Source: an uncultured virus (IMG/VR IMGVR_UViG_3300022468_000269)
Taxonomy: Duplodnaviria > Heunggongvirae > Uroviricota > Caudoviricetes
Direction: 5' to 3' (one strand)
Virus record (IMG/VR): IMGVR_UViG_3300022468_000269
DNA length: 64,000 nt
Part shown: piece after piece, positions 1 to 9,063 of the stretch
Position numbering within the stretch: the first letter of the stretch is position 1
How the letters are laid out: each line of letters begins with the position of its first letter
Position numbers and translations under genes: made by a program
The notes under the pieces: generated by a model
Databases searched by the model: none
What the model was told of the DNA's origin: nothing
What the model saw: only the letters and a program-made list of their open reading frames with translations

Positions 1-467
1 TCGATTTCTGTTCCGAAATACCCAAGGTGATGGTCGCGGTAATTGAACATCACCCGGGCCCGCCAAGCTTGACGGCCAGCATCGAAGGACACACCAAGAG
101 ACTTTCTCTCGTCTGATCGGCGGTTTCTGGCGTTCTGGGCCTTCGAGACATTGCGCAGGTTGGCGATGCGGTTATCCGTGCGGTCGCCGTTGATGTGGTC
201 GGTCACGTCAGGCCATTCACCATAGAACGCGGCCCATGCTACGCGGTGACCTGCATAGGTTTTGTCAAAGATGCGCCCCGACTTGTAGCCCCGGCTGTCG
301 GTCGCCGTGAACGCTTCCCGCCCTGCGTGGGTGCTGTTGAAGGCAAGCGCGACACGGCGGATTGGGAACATCGCGACATCACGCGGCTTCCAGAACAAGC
401 GCCCCGTATCAGGTTCATAGCGAACCAAATCCGGGATCATGTCGGCGGTGATAACGATATCGCTCAT
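1..467 (-). CDS. HNH homing endonuclease with AP2-like C-terminus (3' truncated)
   Basis: Manual translation MSDIVITADMIPDLVRYEPDTG...HRVAW...DHINGDRTDNRIANLRNVSKAQNARN...WRARVMFNYRDHHLGYF. Confidence 0.85.
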   Translation of the reverse strand, partial: MSDIVITADMIPDLVRYEPDTGRLFWKPRDVAMFPIRRVALAFNSTHAGREAFTATDSRGYKSGRIFDKTYAGHRVAWAAFYGEWPDVTDHINGDRTDNRIANLRNVSKAQNARNRRSDERKSLGVSFDAGRQAWRARVMFNYRDHHLGYFGTEI

Positions 468-670
468 AGTTCCTCCAGCGCCGCTGCATTCGCGGCTGTC
501 ATCCATTCGGTTGCGGCGGTTCCGGCCAGCCATCCGGCCAGCGTCACGGCGACGGCCAGCACCAGCAGCACAAGGCGGCGGCGGGTGGCGGCGCGTTCAT
601 TCGCAACGGCGCGGGCGTGTTCCATCCACAGGTCGTCGGTGGGGATGCGGCGTTCGGTGTAGAGGCTCAT
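464..670 (-). CDS. small membrane protein
   Basis: 68-aa ORF with one hydrophobic helix, stop overlaps HNH start. Confidence 0.6.
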   Translation of the reverse strand: MSLYTERRIPTDDLWMEHARAVANERAATRRRLVLLVLAVAVTLAGWLAGTAATEWMTAANAAALEEL

Positions 671-842
671 TGGGCGGCCTCATCTGTGTTGTCGGGCAGC
701 AGGGCGTTGCGCTGTGCGATCAAAAGAGCAATCATGTCGTCAACATCGCCTGCTGTGACATCTCCCGTTGCGCGAACGCAAAAGGACATTTTTTTGGAAA
801 TTCTGGCGCGGAAAAATATTGGCCAAAACGCTGTTTCATCAA

Positions 843-1109
843 TCATTGCGCGGCTCCCTGTGCCAATGCGAAGTCCTTGAAATCATGCTCCCCATCACGC
901 GCCGTGCAGCACGTCTGGCAGACGACTTGATCCGGCACCCACCCTTGCAGCGGGTAGATGCGCAGTTCGGCCTGATCCTCGCCGCAGTGGTCGCAACTCA
1001 GGCGGCTTTCCCAGACGGCGGGCTTTGTCTCCACCAGCACGGCGCGGCCTTCACGTTCGGCGCGGGCGATCTGGGCAATGGCGAGGGATTGGGCGAGGGG
1101 GCTTGTCAT
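843..1109 (-). CDS. hypothetical protein with two CxxC pairs
   Basis: CDHC...CQTC; coupled to upstream ORF. Confidence 0.55.
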   Translation of the reverse strand: MTSPLAQSLAIAQIARAEREGRAVLVETKPAVWESRLSCDHCGEDQAELRIYPLQGWVPDQVVCQTCCTARDGEHDFKDFALAQGAAQ

Positions 1110-1339
1110 TTGCGGGCCTCCAGCATGGCGTCGGCCAGCGAGTAGGCACCGCCCGCGACGTGAGCGAGGAATTGCGCCTCAGTCAGGTGCGACATGTCCG
1201 GATGGGGGCCATGAGCAAGCATACCTGCCAGCGCCTGCCCTGCGAACCAATCGCGCAGGGACATGCCGTCCTGAGGTCCGCCCCATGCGTCGCTTGCGTT
1301 GGAGGGGAACGCAGGCCCGCCTTCATCTCTCTGTGTCAT
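1106..1339 (-). CDS. conserved phage hypothetical protein
   Basis: Widespread motif GGPAFP...GMSLRDWFAGQAL...AYSLADAMLEAR; start reassigned to MTQRDE. Confidence 0.75.
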   Translation of the reverse strand: MTQRDEGGPAFPSNASDAWGGPQDGMSLRDWFAGQALAGMLAHGPHPDMSHLTEAQFLAHVAGGAYSLADAMLEARK

Positions 1340-1638
1340 TCTGCGGCCATCACATATTCGGGGGCGATATGTTGCAGCCACCAAGGCCAAACATCCGTCC
1401 GGTTGAATTCAGCAGTTGCGTAGAAAAGCAGCGCGTCCTCAGTCACGTCGCGCGCTGTGCCAGTCTCCAAATCAGCGCAGATGACGCGGATATGTTCGGC
1501 GGCTTCTTCGTTGAATTCGCCGATGATTTCCGCGACTTCGGGCAGGGTGTGGGGGGTGAGCCATTCCGGCGTTTTCCAGTCCAGCCGCGAATAGCGCGTT
1601 GTCATCCAGCGGAAGCTGACGATGTAATGCTGCATCAC
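1336..1638 (-). CDS. hypothetical protein
   Basis: 3' part of ORF 1336..1734, coupled to next gene; start uncertain. Confidence 0.5.
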   Translation of the reverse strand: MMQHYIVSFRWMTTRYSRLDWKTPEWLTPHTLPEVAEIIGEFNEEAAEHIRVICADLETGTARDVTEDALLFYATAEFNRTDVWPWWLQHIAPEYVMAAE

Positions 1639-1751
1639 AGCGCCCACGCCGCAAACAGCACGACAGCGAAGAACAGGCCGACATGCGCGGCGATGACAGA
1701 GGCGTAGAAGGTGGGGGTCATGGCGGTTCTCCAAGCTGGGGCGTTGGAGAT

Positions 1752-1803
1752 AACCTACATGTGAAGTTTCACACCGTCAACCGGAAAAATGCGAAATTTC
1801 ACA
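1752..1803 (-). promoter_or_regulatory. PL-like promoter with two operators
   Basis: TTGACG-N17-TAGGTT on minus strand; palindromes TGTGAAGTTTCACA (1760-1773) and TGCGAAATTTCACA (1790-1803). Confidence 0.75.
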
Positions 1804-1890
1804 TTTGCATGTCAAGCGCGCTTCGCCCTACGGTTGCCGCATTGGCAAGGGGACGGGCCATGTTGACACATTTTCAGATGCTAATTGGTA

Positions 1891-2220
1891 TTATGGCTTT
1901 CCGTTCGGCGAACGCGGCAGGGCAGCTAGCGCCTGTAGAATGCGTTCTTGATCAGATACGTCATATTGCGACAGGTATTGGGCCAGAGACGGGGCAAGAT
2001 CAATGCGAGGGCCTAGCCCTAGCATCTCCCCAGGATCAGCCCCCAACGCCTTTGCTAGCGCAAACACGGTTGACACCTTCGGGCTGATCGTCCGGCGCTC
2101 TTCAATATCCTTCACCGCGCGGGCGTTCAATCCTGCGCGACGGGACAGCTCCGCCGCGTTCATGCCCTTTTCGGCCATGAGGCGCAATAGGTTGGTTCTA
2201 AACGATTCGTCCTGATTCAT
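1891..2220 (-). CDS. CI-like XRE-family HTH repressor (no peptidase domain)
   Basis: NLLRLMAEKGMNAAELSRRAGLN...ALAKALGADP HTH; divergent from cro; start reassigned to MNQDES. Confidence 0.85.
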   Translation of the reverse strand: MNQDESFRTNLLRLMAEKGMNAAELSRRAGLNARAVKDIEERRTISPKVSTVFALAKALGADPGEMLGLGPRIDLAPSLAQYLSQYDVSDQERILQALAALPRSPNGKP

Positions 2221-2257
2221 GCGGGCATCTTTACCCGTTCGCCTCGATTGGGGCGAA

Positions 2258-2300
2258 TGTGAAGTTTCATCTTGCCGCGTGTGAAAAATCACATTATGAT
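2258..2300 (+). promoter_or_regulatory. PR-like promoter with two operators
   Basis: TTGCCG(2272)-N17-TATGAT(2295); operators TGTGAAGTTTCATC (2258-2271) and TGTGAAAAATCACA (2280-2293); only 8 nt between -10 and the cro ATG, so probably leaderless. Confidence 0.75.
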
Positions 2301-2308
2301 CCCTTCCT

Positions 2309-2506
2309 ATGGATCAGCAAACAAGCCTCATTGCCGAGATAGAAGCCGCTGCTTCTGCTCTCGGTATCGCGCCCAGCACTGTGGGCGAACGCGCCGGACA
2401 AGGCGGGCGTTTCTATGCGCGTCTGAAAGAGGGACGCCGCGCATGGCCTGAGACCGCCGAACGTGTCCGATCATGGATCAGGGCTAACGTGGGGGTGACG
2501 CAATGA
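2309..2506 (+). CDS. Cro-like DNA-binding protein
   Basis: 65 aa, LGIAPSTVGERAGQGGRFYARLKEG, divergent from repressor. Confidence 0.8.
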   Translation: MDQQTSLIAEIEAAASALGIAPSTVGERAGQGGRFYARLKEGRRAWPETAERVRSWIRANVGVTQ

Positions 2507-2663
2507 ACCGCGAACAACTGTCGCCCGTTCTGGTTCCCTCGCAAGTTGCCGTGGCCGTCTTTGGGCCTTCGGGCTATCGCGCTGCCTCAAGCCATCAACA
2601 TGATCACGCACATGGCATCTGTCAAGCGATTGTTTCCGATTCGGCATATAATCGGGTGGTGGC

Positions 2664-3113
2664 ATGACAGAGCCGAATTGGATCACGCAGTTCTATGCGG
2701 GCTATGCTCCGTTCGGCGTTGAGAGCCACAAGCAAACCCGCCGCACCATCTACTGCATCAGCGAAGGCGTGGGGATGCCCGTTAAGATCGGGATGACCAC
2801 CGACATCGTTAATCGGCACATGGGCTTACAGGCGGCGACATGGCGTGTCGTGTATCTGTGCTGGGCGGTTCCGGGGTTTGCGCACCATGAGGCCGCGCTG
2901 AAAAGCATCTTCCGCGACATCCGTTCACATGGCGAATGGTTTCACGACAAGGACGACGCAACCAAGCTGGCGTTGTCCATGGATAGCACCACCGACGATC
3001 TGGAACGGCTGATCAACGATCTGGCTGCGCAGTTCGGGACACCCACCAAGCGCCCCCGTGAATCCAGATTGCCGCCGACACCGCTGCACACGTTCCCGCG
3101 TGGTGCCGCATGA
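2664..3113 (+). CDS. GIY-YIG/T5orf172-like domain protein
   Basis: IYCI...VKIGMTTDIVNR...LQ...HE...GEWF pattern. Confidence 0.7.
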   Translation: MTEPNWITQFYAGYAPFGVESHKQTRRTIYCISEGVGMPVKIGMTTDIVNRHMGLQAATWRVVYLCWAVPGFAHHEAALKSIFRDIRSHGEWFHDKDDATKLALSMDSTTDDLERLINDLAAQFGTPTKRPRESRLPPTPLHTFPRGAA

Positions 3114-3150
3114 ATCCCCCGCGTGTTCCTCCCTCCGCGTCGGGGCAACT

Positions 3151-3188
3151 GCCAGCGGGTGCGGTGCAAACCCCCGCTGGCGTTTTTT
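3151..3188 (+). terminator. intrinsic terminator
   Basis: GCCAGCGGG/CCCGCTGGC stem followed by T6. Confidence 0.65.
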
Positions 3189-3190
3189 CC

Positions 3191-3343
3191 ATGACCGAAA
3201 CCGAAGCCAAGCTGCGGATGATTGAACGCCTGCCCGCTGATGAACTCGCGGCCTACGCGGCTGAAATGCGCAAGCGGCCCCCGCTCGACGGCGAGGTTGC
3301 CGCATTGCAGGCACGGGCCAAGGCGCGCGGGGTGACGATATGA
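3191..3343 (+). CDS. hypothetical protein
   Basis: MTETEAK... part of ORF 3110..3343 downstream of the terminator. Confidence 0.5.
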   Translation: MTETEAKLRMIERLPADELAAYAAEMRKRPPLDGEVAALQARAKARGVTI

Positions 3344-3669
3344 GAGCCGCGAAGGTTGACACCAATCAGGCGGATATCGTCAAGGCGCTGCGCAAGGCTG
3401 GCGCGACTGTCCAGCTTCTGCATCGCGTGGGCGAAGGATGCCCCGATTTGGCGGTGGGATACAAAGGCCAGACCTACCTGATCGAGGTTAAGGACGGCGC
3501 GAAATCACCGTCCAAGCGCGGCCTGAATCCCATCCAAGTGGAATGGCATGACCAGTGGCGCGGCCATGTTGCCGTGGCGGAGAGCATTGACGATGCCCTG
3601 CGCATCATCGGTGTCAATCAGTGGCAGTCCATCGGATCTATCGCTGCGCGAATGGTGGGGAAAGTTTAA
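3340..3669 (+). CDS. VRR-NUC/Holliday-junction resolvase-like PD-(D/E)xK nuclease
   Basis: RAAKVDTNQ...GCPDL...LIEVKDG...Q..W. Confidence 0.8.
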   Translation: MRAAKVDTNQADIVKALRKAGATVQLLHRVGEGCPDLAVGYKGQTYLIEVKDGAKSPSKRGLNPIQVEWHDQWRGHVAVAESIDDALRIIGVNQWQSIGSIAARMVGKV

Positions 3670-4391
3670 TGAGCGCCCCGCCGTTTTTCCAGTTTTATCC
3701 GTCTGACTGGCTGGCCGGGACACGCGGGCTGACAGCCGCCGAAACGGGTATCTACATCACCTTGATAGCGATGATGTATGAGCGCGAAGCCCCGCTTTCG
3801 ATGGACAGCGCCCGTCTTGCCCGCCTGTGCGGATCGACTGCCAGCGCGTTTGAAAAGGCAGTTTCCAGCCTGGTTGAACAGGGAAAAATCATCAAGACGG
3901 ATGGTGGGTTCTGGAACGCCCGCGTTGCAATCGAGATCGAAAAGCGGAGCGAAAAAAGAAAAGTTGCCGCGACGAGTGCAAACAAAAGATGGGGAAAAAA
4001 TGAACAAAATCAACAAGCCCCTGATGCAAACGCATCCAATTCGCAATGCCAAGCCGATGCTAACCAGATACCAGATACCAGAGTAAAAGAAGAAGCTAAC
4101 GCTTCTTCCAAAAAACGGGGTTCCAGCCTGTCGCCTGAATGGCGGTTGCCGAAGGCGTGGGGCGAGTGGGCCGTGGCCGAAGGTTTGTCGGAAATCGACG
4201 CGCGGCGGGAGTCCGACAGGTTCCGGGATTACTGGATTGGCATTCCCGGTTCACGGGGCGTCAAGGCCGACTGGCTGGCGACGTGGCGGAATTGGGTTCG
4301 CAAGGTGATTGCCGACCGCGCAGCGAAGGCACGGCCAGCCCGTGACCCCGACACCTTCGGCGCATTTGGTAACATCCGGGAGGTGTCCTGA
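3669..4391 (+). CDS. DUF1376/YdaU-family replication initiator
   Basis: PFFQFYPSDWLAGTRGLTAAETGIYITLI; C-terminal FRDYW...DWLATWRNW. Confidence 0.85.
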   Translation: MSAPPFFQFYPSDWLAGTRGLTAAETGIYITLIAMMYEREAPLSMDSARLARLCGSTASAFEKAVSSLVEQGKIIKTDGGFWNARVAIEIEKRSEKRKVAATSANKRWGKNEQNQQAPDANASNSQCQADANQIPDTRVKEEANASSKKRGSSLSPEWRLPKAWGEWAVAEGLSEIDARRESDRFRDYWIGIPGSRGVKADWLATWRNWVRKVIADRAAKARPARDPDTFGAFGNIREVS

Positions 4392-4690
4392 TGGACTTGG
4401 ACGCCTTCGAGGAACGCGCGGCGATCATGGAATTTGACGGCGGCTTGTCGCGCTTCGACGCGGAAACCCAAGCGGCCAAGGCACAGGGCAAAACCCGGTG
4501 GGAGGCGATCAATGCCATCAAGCTACGAAATCTTGCAGCGGGCCGGGATCACGGTTCGCAAGCAGTCGGGAACGCAGCGGGCAACCTGCCCGGAATGCAG
4601 CCCGACGCGACGAAACAAAACGGATCAATGCCTGAGCGTGACGTTCAAGCCGGACGGGATCGTCTGGAATTGCTGGCATTGCGGCCATAG
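4391..4690 (+). CDS. conserved phage hypothetical protein
   Basis: N-terminal motif FEERAAIMEFDGGLSR; GGAGG SD; 3' part overlaps the next ORF. Confidence 0.65.
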   Translation: MDLDAFEERAAIMEFDGGLSRFDAETQAAKAQGKTRWEAINAIKLRNLAAGRDHGSQAVGNAAGNLPGMQPDATKQNGSMPERDVQAGRDRLELLALRP

Positions 4691-4871
4691 TGGCGGGGGA
4701 TATTTCGATGACGGACATTCGGAAATGGCTGACAGAAGTTCGCAAACTGGACGGCGCGCTTTTGGATCACATGGGGGTGGGCGCACGGCAGCACCCCCAA
4801 CTCGGCACAGTGGCGGCGTTCCCGTATCTGCGGGCAGGCAAGCCCTATGCCGCGAAGTTTCGCGCCGTTGA
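4512..4871 (+). CDS. primase zinc-binding domain encoded in a separate frame
   Basis: GGAGG at 4501, ATG 4512; TCPECSPTRRNKTDQCLSV...WNCWHCGHSGG resembles the T7 gp4/Twinkle-type Zn domain. Confidence 0.75.
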   Translation: MPSSYEILQRAGITVRKQSGTQRATCPECSPTRRNKTDQCLSVTFKPDGIVWNCWHCGHSGGGYFDDGHSEMADRSSQTGRRAFGSHGGGRTAAPPTRHSGGVPVSAGRQALCREVSRR

Positions 4872-6114
4872 GGCAAAGGACTGGCGTTCCAGCCAAGGCA
4901 TTTCGCGGGGCTTCTACAACGAAGATGCCCTGCGCAGCGGCGACGGGCCGATTGTCATCACCGAAGGGGAAATGGACGCCCTGAGCGTCATGCAGGCGGG
5001 TTACATCCGGGCGGTGTCCTTGCCAGATGGGTGGACGGCAGAAGGCGGCAAGCGCGAGGTGCTGGTGCAGGCGGAAGCCGATCTGCGCAAGTCGCCGTTT
5101 GTCATCGTGGCGGGCGACAACGACGACGCAGGCCAGAGCCTTCCCCGCACGGTGGCAAACATCCTTGCGGGGCATGATGTCCGCTATGTGACATGGCCCG
5201 AGGGCTGCAAGGACGCCAACGATGTGCTGGTGTCCTATGGCGAAGGCGAACTAGCCCGTTGCCTGACTGAGGCCAAGCGCATGGACCCGGAAGGCGGGTT
5301 TATCACCGGCATATCCGACATCCCGCCGCTGCCATCGCGCCGCGTTCTGCGCACGGGCATCCGGTATTGCGATTTGGTGATTGGGTTTGAGGTAGGGGCG
5401 ATGTCGGTTGGCACTGGCACCCCCGGCAGCGGCAAATCCACTTTCACTACATTCGCCGCGTTCCATGTCGCCATGAACGAGCGCGTCAAGGTGGGGATGC
5501 TGTCGTTTGAAACCCACCCTTACCGGACGCGGGATCACCTGTCGCGGCTGTTGACTGGCAAGGCGTGGGCCGATCTGTCGCGCGTCCAGCAAGTCGAGGC
5601 AGGGCAAACACTCGACGCCCATTTCCGCATCGTTCACCGCACCTATGACGCCGCCGCGCATAACTTGGGCTGGCTCAAGGACATGATCTACACGTTGGCC
5701 GTCCGCGACGGCTGCAAGTTGATCGTTGTTGATCCTTGGAACGAGTTGGAACACCTGCCCGAGACGGGCGAAAGCATGACGGGCTACATCAACTTTGCCC
5801 TGCAACAGATCCGGGTGTGGGCAGAGCAATTCGACACCCACATTTGCGTCATCGCCCACCCGCGCAAGATGCCGACAGAAGGCAAGCCTCGCCCGCCCGT
5901 GGGCTATGACATTTCCGACAGCGCCGCCTTTGCGAACAAGCCCAGCTTGGGTTTCACCGTCCATCAGGACGAGAGCGAAGCCGGATTGCCCCTTGTGAAA
6001 ATCGTGACGTGGAAGGTGCGGGACACGCAGCTTTACGGCTTCGAGAAGGGGCAGATCAAACTCGAATTCAACGCAACCGCGATGTCGTATCGCAAATTTG
6101 AGGCCGCAGCATGA
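4708..6114 (+). CDS. TOPRIM primase-SF4 helicase (T7 gp4/Twinkle-like) lacking the Zn domain
   Basis: ITEGEMDALS, GDNDDAG, KDAND, Walker A GTPGSGKS, IVVDPWN, VIAHPRK. Confidence 0.9.
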   Translation: MTDIRKWLTEVRKLDGALLDHMGVGARQHPQLGTVAAFPYLRAGKPYAAKFRAVEAKDWRSSQGISRGFYNEDALRSGDGPIVITEGEMDALSVMQAGYIRAVSLPDGWTAEGGKREVLVQAEADLRKSPFVIVAGDNDDAGQSLPRTVANILAGHDVRYVTWPEGCKDANDVLVSYGEGELARCLTEAKRMDPEGGFITGISDIPPLPSRRVLRTGIRYCDLVIGFEVGAMSVGTGTPGSGKSTFTTFAAFHVAMNERVKVGMLSFETHPYRTRDHLSRLLTGKAWADLSRVQQVEAGQTLDAHFRIVHRTYDAAAHNLGWLKDMIYTLAVRDGCKLIVVDPWNELEHLPETGESMTGYINFALQQIRVWAEQFDTHICVIAHPRKMPTEGKPRPPVGYDISDSAAFANKPSLGFTVHQDESEAGLPLVKIVTWKVRDTQLYGFEKGQIKLEFNATAMSYRKFEAAA

Positions 6115-6383
6115 ACCGCGCCGACATTCTCACAACCGCCATGCAAGCCGTCACAGTGGACCGCGCTGCCACCCACGGCGATGCAGAACGCAACTTCAAT
6201 CTGATCGCCGCCTATTGGTCGGCGCACCTCGATTACCCCGTCAGCGGCACAGACGTGGCCGTGATGATGAACCTTCTGAAACTCGCCCGCATCAAGTCCA
6301 ACCCCGCACACGCTGACAACTGGGTCGATGGTGCCGGGTATCTGGCTTGCGGCGGTGAAATCGCAACGGGAGACGCAGCATGA
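6111..6383 (+). CDS. DUF6378-like protein
   Basis: DRAATHGDAERNF..IA..WS...LLKLARI...DNWVDGAGY. Confidence 0.8.
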   Translation: MNRADILTTAMQAVTVDRAATHGDAERNFNLIAAYWSAHLDYPVSGTDVAVMMNLLKLARIKSNPAHADNWVDGAGYLACGGEIATGDAA

Positions 6384-6766
6384 ACGTTCAATCAACCGCC
6401 TGGATTATCCGCAACGCCTTTGCCTGCCCGGAACTGGCAACCGAGTGCAGCGCCATGATTGCCAAGCACATGAAGGACGCCGCATGGAAGGAAGGGCATC
6501 GCCGCTGTATGCCAAAATCGGCCAAGCCCGAGGGCACCACCGAACGCGAGGCCCGCATTGAAGCCCTGCTGTGGCGTCACATCATGGCCGAGGGGCAAGT
6601 CACCGCCACCCGCCTGAACAGCCTGACAGCCAAGGGCGAAAGCCCCATCCGCGAAGCCTTGGCGCGCATGGTGACGGATGGCCGCGTGGTGAAAACGCTG
6701 AAGCCCTGCCCGAACGTCAAGAACCACCGCATCGTGGCGTTTTTCAGCATCGCGGGGGCGAACTGA
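6380..6766 (+). CDS. hypothetical, possible winged-helix protein
   Basis: Coupled ORF with helical/wing pattern in C-terminal half. Confidence 0.55.
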   Translation: MNVQSTAWIIRNAFACPELATECSAMIAKHMKDAAWKEGHRRCMPKSAKPEGTTEREARIEALLWRHIMAEGQVTATRLNSLTAKGESPIREALARMVTDGRVVKTLKPCPNVKNHRIVAFFSIAGAN

Positions 6767-7038
6767 TGCAGCCCCCGGTTCGCACCATCATTCGCGGGGT
6801 GGAATACCCATCCATGGCCGCAGCCGCGCGGGCCTTGGGCGTCAACCGTGTCGCCGTGTGGCAGGCCGCAGAACGGGGCTGGCTGGACGGCGTAGGCACC
6901 GGCATGAAGCGCACCCCCGTAACCATCGACGGCATCACGTATCCATCCCTGTCGGACGCTGGCAAGGCTCTTGGCATCACCCGCCAAGCCGTCGCAAGCC
7001 GCGTTCGCTGGGGAACAGCACAGGCGGGCCGGGCATGA
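6766..7038 (+). CDS. NUMOD1-like tandem HTH protein
   Basis: Two repeats IRGVEYPSMAAAARALGV / IDGITYPSLSDAGKALGI. Confidence 0.7.
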   Translation: MQPPVRTIIRGVEYPSMAAAARALGVNRVAVWQAAERGWLDGVGTGMKRTPVTIDGITYPSLSDAGKALGITRQAVASRVRWGTAQAGRA

Positions 7039-7685
7039 TTGTTCTCAGCCTCTGTGATTTAACCGGCAACATGACGCGCCCATGGGTGGACGCCGGATAC
7101 ACGGCAATTCTTGTCGATCCGCAGCACCCGCCAGGCATCAACGTCGATGGCCGCGTGTGGCGTGTGGGGGAAGTCATCGACAGCCCATGCGTCTGGAAAC
7201 TCGTGCGCATGTTCGCCCCGAAAATCGCCTTCGTTGCCGGGTTCCCGCCCTGCACCGATCTGGCCGTGTCCGGTGCGCGTTGGTTCGAGGACAAGGCCAA
7301 GGCTGATCCGGCATTCCAGTTCAAGGCCATGCAGGTGGTTTGGCAATGCCACGCCATCGCGGAAATGATCGGCGCGCCTTGGATGATTGAAAACCCGGTA
7401 AGCCGCATCAGCACATTCTGGCGCAAGCCGGATTACACATTCCACCCGCACCAGTTCACCGGCCACGAGCCTGCCGACAATTACACCAAGGCGACATGCC
7501 TGTGGACAGGCGGTGGATTTGTCATGCCGCAGCCGTTCAAGGCCGATCTGGGCGCACCGGACGACAGGATACACAAAGCCCCGCCCGGTGAAGGCCGCGC
7601 CAATTTCCGCAGCGCCACGCCGATGGGGTTTGCCCGCGCCGTGTTCCAGGCCAATGCACCTAAGCTGATGGAGGCCGCAGCATGA
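7035..7685 (+). CDS. short phage DNA cytosine-5 methyltransferase (Dcm-like)
   Basis: Catalytic FPPC motif, ENPV motif, N-terminal VLSLCDLTG SAM-binding strand. Confidence 0.8.
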   Translation: MIVLSLCDLTGNMTRPWVDAGYTAILVDPQHPPGINVDGRVWRVGEVIDSPCVWKLVRMFAPKIAFVAGFPPCTDLAVSGARWFEDKAKADPAFQFKAMQVVWQCHAIAEMIGAPWMIENPVSRISTFWRKPDYTFHPHQFTGHEPADNYTKATCLWTGGGFVMPQPFKADLGAPDDRIHKAPPGEGRANFRSATPMGFARAVFQANAPKLMEAAA

Positions 7686-7894
7686 CTGACAACATAACGC
7701 CAAGCCTTCTGCCTTGCCCGTTCTGCGGCAGCGCAGATGTTGCAACAGAGACATATGGGGTGGAATGGTCTGTTCGGTGCCATAATTGTTTTTCCGTGTT
7801 TATTTGCCGCGCGGGCGGCTGGCAGTCGTTAGATAAGGAGCTGGAAAGCGTAGTTGTCGCATGGAACCGCCGCGCGTCAGGCGGTGCAGAATGA
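7682..7894 (+). CDS. Lar-family restriction alleviation protein
   Basis: LLPCPFCGS...VRCHNC...AWNRRA. Confidence 0.8.
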   Translation: MTDNITPSLLPCPFCGSADVATETYGVEWSVRCHNCFSVFICRAGGWQSLDKELESVVVAWNRRASGGAE

Positions 7895-8283
7895 CATTCA
7901 ACCGCATATTCATCTGCATCACGCTCTACCTAGCGCTTGCATTGCTTGCGATGCTGACATCGGTTGTGCCTGTCATCGCGGAAACCAGCCGCCATTGGGG
8001 CGAGTCCAGCGCCACCATCACGCCGGGGCAGGGCGGGCCCGTCGCCGTTGTCCTATGCCGCAACGAGTTAACGTTCACGGCTGAATCCACCTTCGCGTTC
8101 ATGCTGGAACTCGACGGGCTGGCCGTGCTGGTGCGCGTGGAGCAGGGGCCGAACACCGTGCCGGACAGATACACCGTGGAGCCGCCCGAGGGCTTCGTGG
8201 CTGTCCCGCCATTCATCGAACTGGACGAAGGCACAAGCGGCGAAATCCTGATTTACCAACTGGAAGGGGCGTTACTCGGATGA
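7891..8283 (+). CDS. hypothetical exported protein
   Basis: Hydrophobic N-terminus; coupled start. Confidence 0.55.
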   Translation: MTFNRIFICITLYLALALLAMLTSVVPVIAETSRHWGESSATITPGQGGPVAVVLCRNELTFTAESTFAFMLELDGLAVLVRVEQGPNTVPDRYTVEPPEGFVAVPPFIELDEGTSGEILIYQLEGALLG

Positions 8284-8465
8284 ACATCGCAATCAACATC
8301 GGCCTGTGCATCGCCTGCGCCGTCAGCGTCTACGCAATCGGGGCGTTCATCCTGTGGGATTGGCAATGGCCCGCGTCAGCCAGCGTTTTGGGCAGGTTCA
8401 TAGCTTTTGCCGTCTGGGCTTGGGTGATGATCGGCGCGGTGATGTTCGGCCCATTTCGGCGCTAA
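8280..8465 (+). CDS. small two-helix membrane protein
   Basis: Two hydrophobic segments. Confidence 0.55.
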   Translation: MNIAINIGLCIACAVSVYAIGAFILWDWQWPASASVLGRFIAFAVWAWVMIGAVMFGPFRR

Positions 8466-8489
8466 CCCCATCAACAAACGAGGCAGAGC

Positions 8490-9020
8490 ATGAAACGAGC
8501 AGCCAAGCGCCGGAAGCACAAGCCCGTCACCCTTGCCCCGATGCAGATGCACGGTGACATGGGCGCGACAGGCAGAGCCAATCAGGCGAACCTTGTCACA
8601 GAACCGCGCGGCGTTGTGGACCCCGAAACGGGCGAGGTGCGCAACCACAATTCCATGTATGGCAAGCGCCGATGTGACTGGATTGAGGTTTACGCCAAGC
8701 AAGGCAAGATCACCCGCGAACAACAGGCCGCAGCATCCCGCCTATACAACGCATACATGGGCAACCCCGACCGCGACCCCATCGCAGCCATAGGCGAACC
8801 GCAGCACCGCAGTCATGGCGGGGAACCGTTGGTTGCCGTGGTTGACAGCCGCCGCGAGTTCTATGCCATGTGGGAACATATACCCACGTCATCGCGCCCT
8901 ATCGTTCAGCATGTGGTGCTAGAAGAAAGCCCCATCCGCAGTATCGCAGGGTGCAGTAACGGCGCGTCACACGAAAGGCACAGGTTGCGTCTTTGTGTGG
9001 GGCTTGACGCCATACCTTGA
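8490..9020 (+). CDS. putative late-gene regulator (Q-like position)
   Basis: Last early gene, followed by a promoter-terminator pair; GKITREQQAAASRL motif. Confidence 0.55.
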   Translation: MKRAAKRRKHKPVTLAPMQMHGDMGATGRANQANLVTEPRGVVDPETGEVRNHNSMYGKRRCDWIEVYAKQGKITREQQAAASRLYNAYMGNPDRDPIAAIGEPQHRSHGGEPLVAVVDSRREFYAMWEHIPTSSRPIVQHVVLEESPIRSIAGCSNGASHERHRLRLCVGLDAIP

Positions 9021-9045
9021 CAAGGCCCAGTCCGTGGTGCATTCT
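9017..9045 (+). promoter_or_regulatory. putative late promoter
   Basis: TTGACA-N17-CATTCT. Confidence 0.55.
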
Positions 9046-9063
9046 GGGCATAATCGAAGATTT

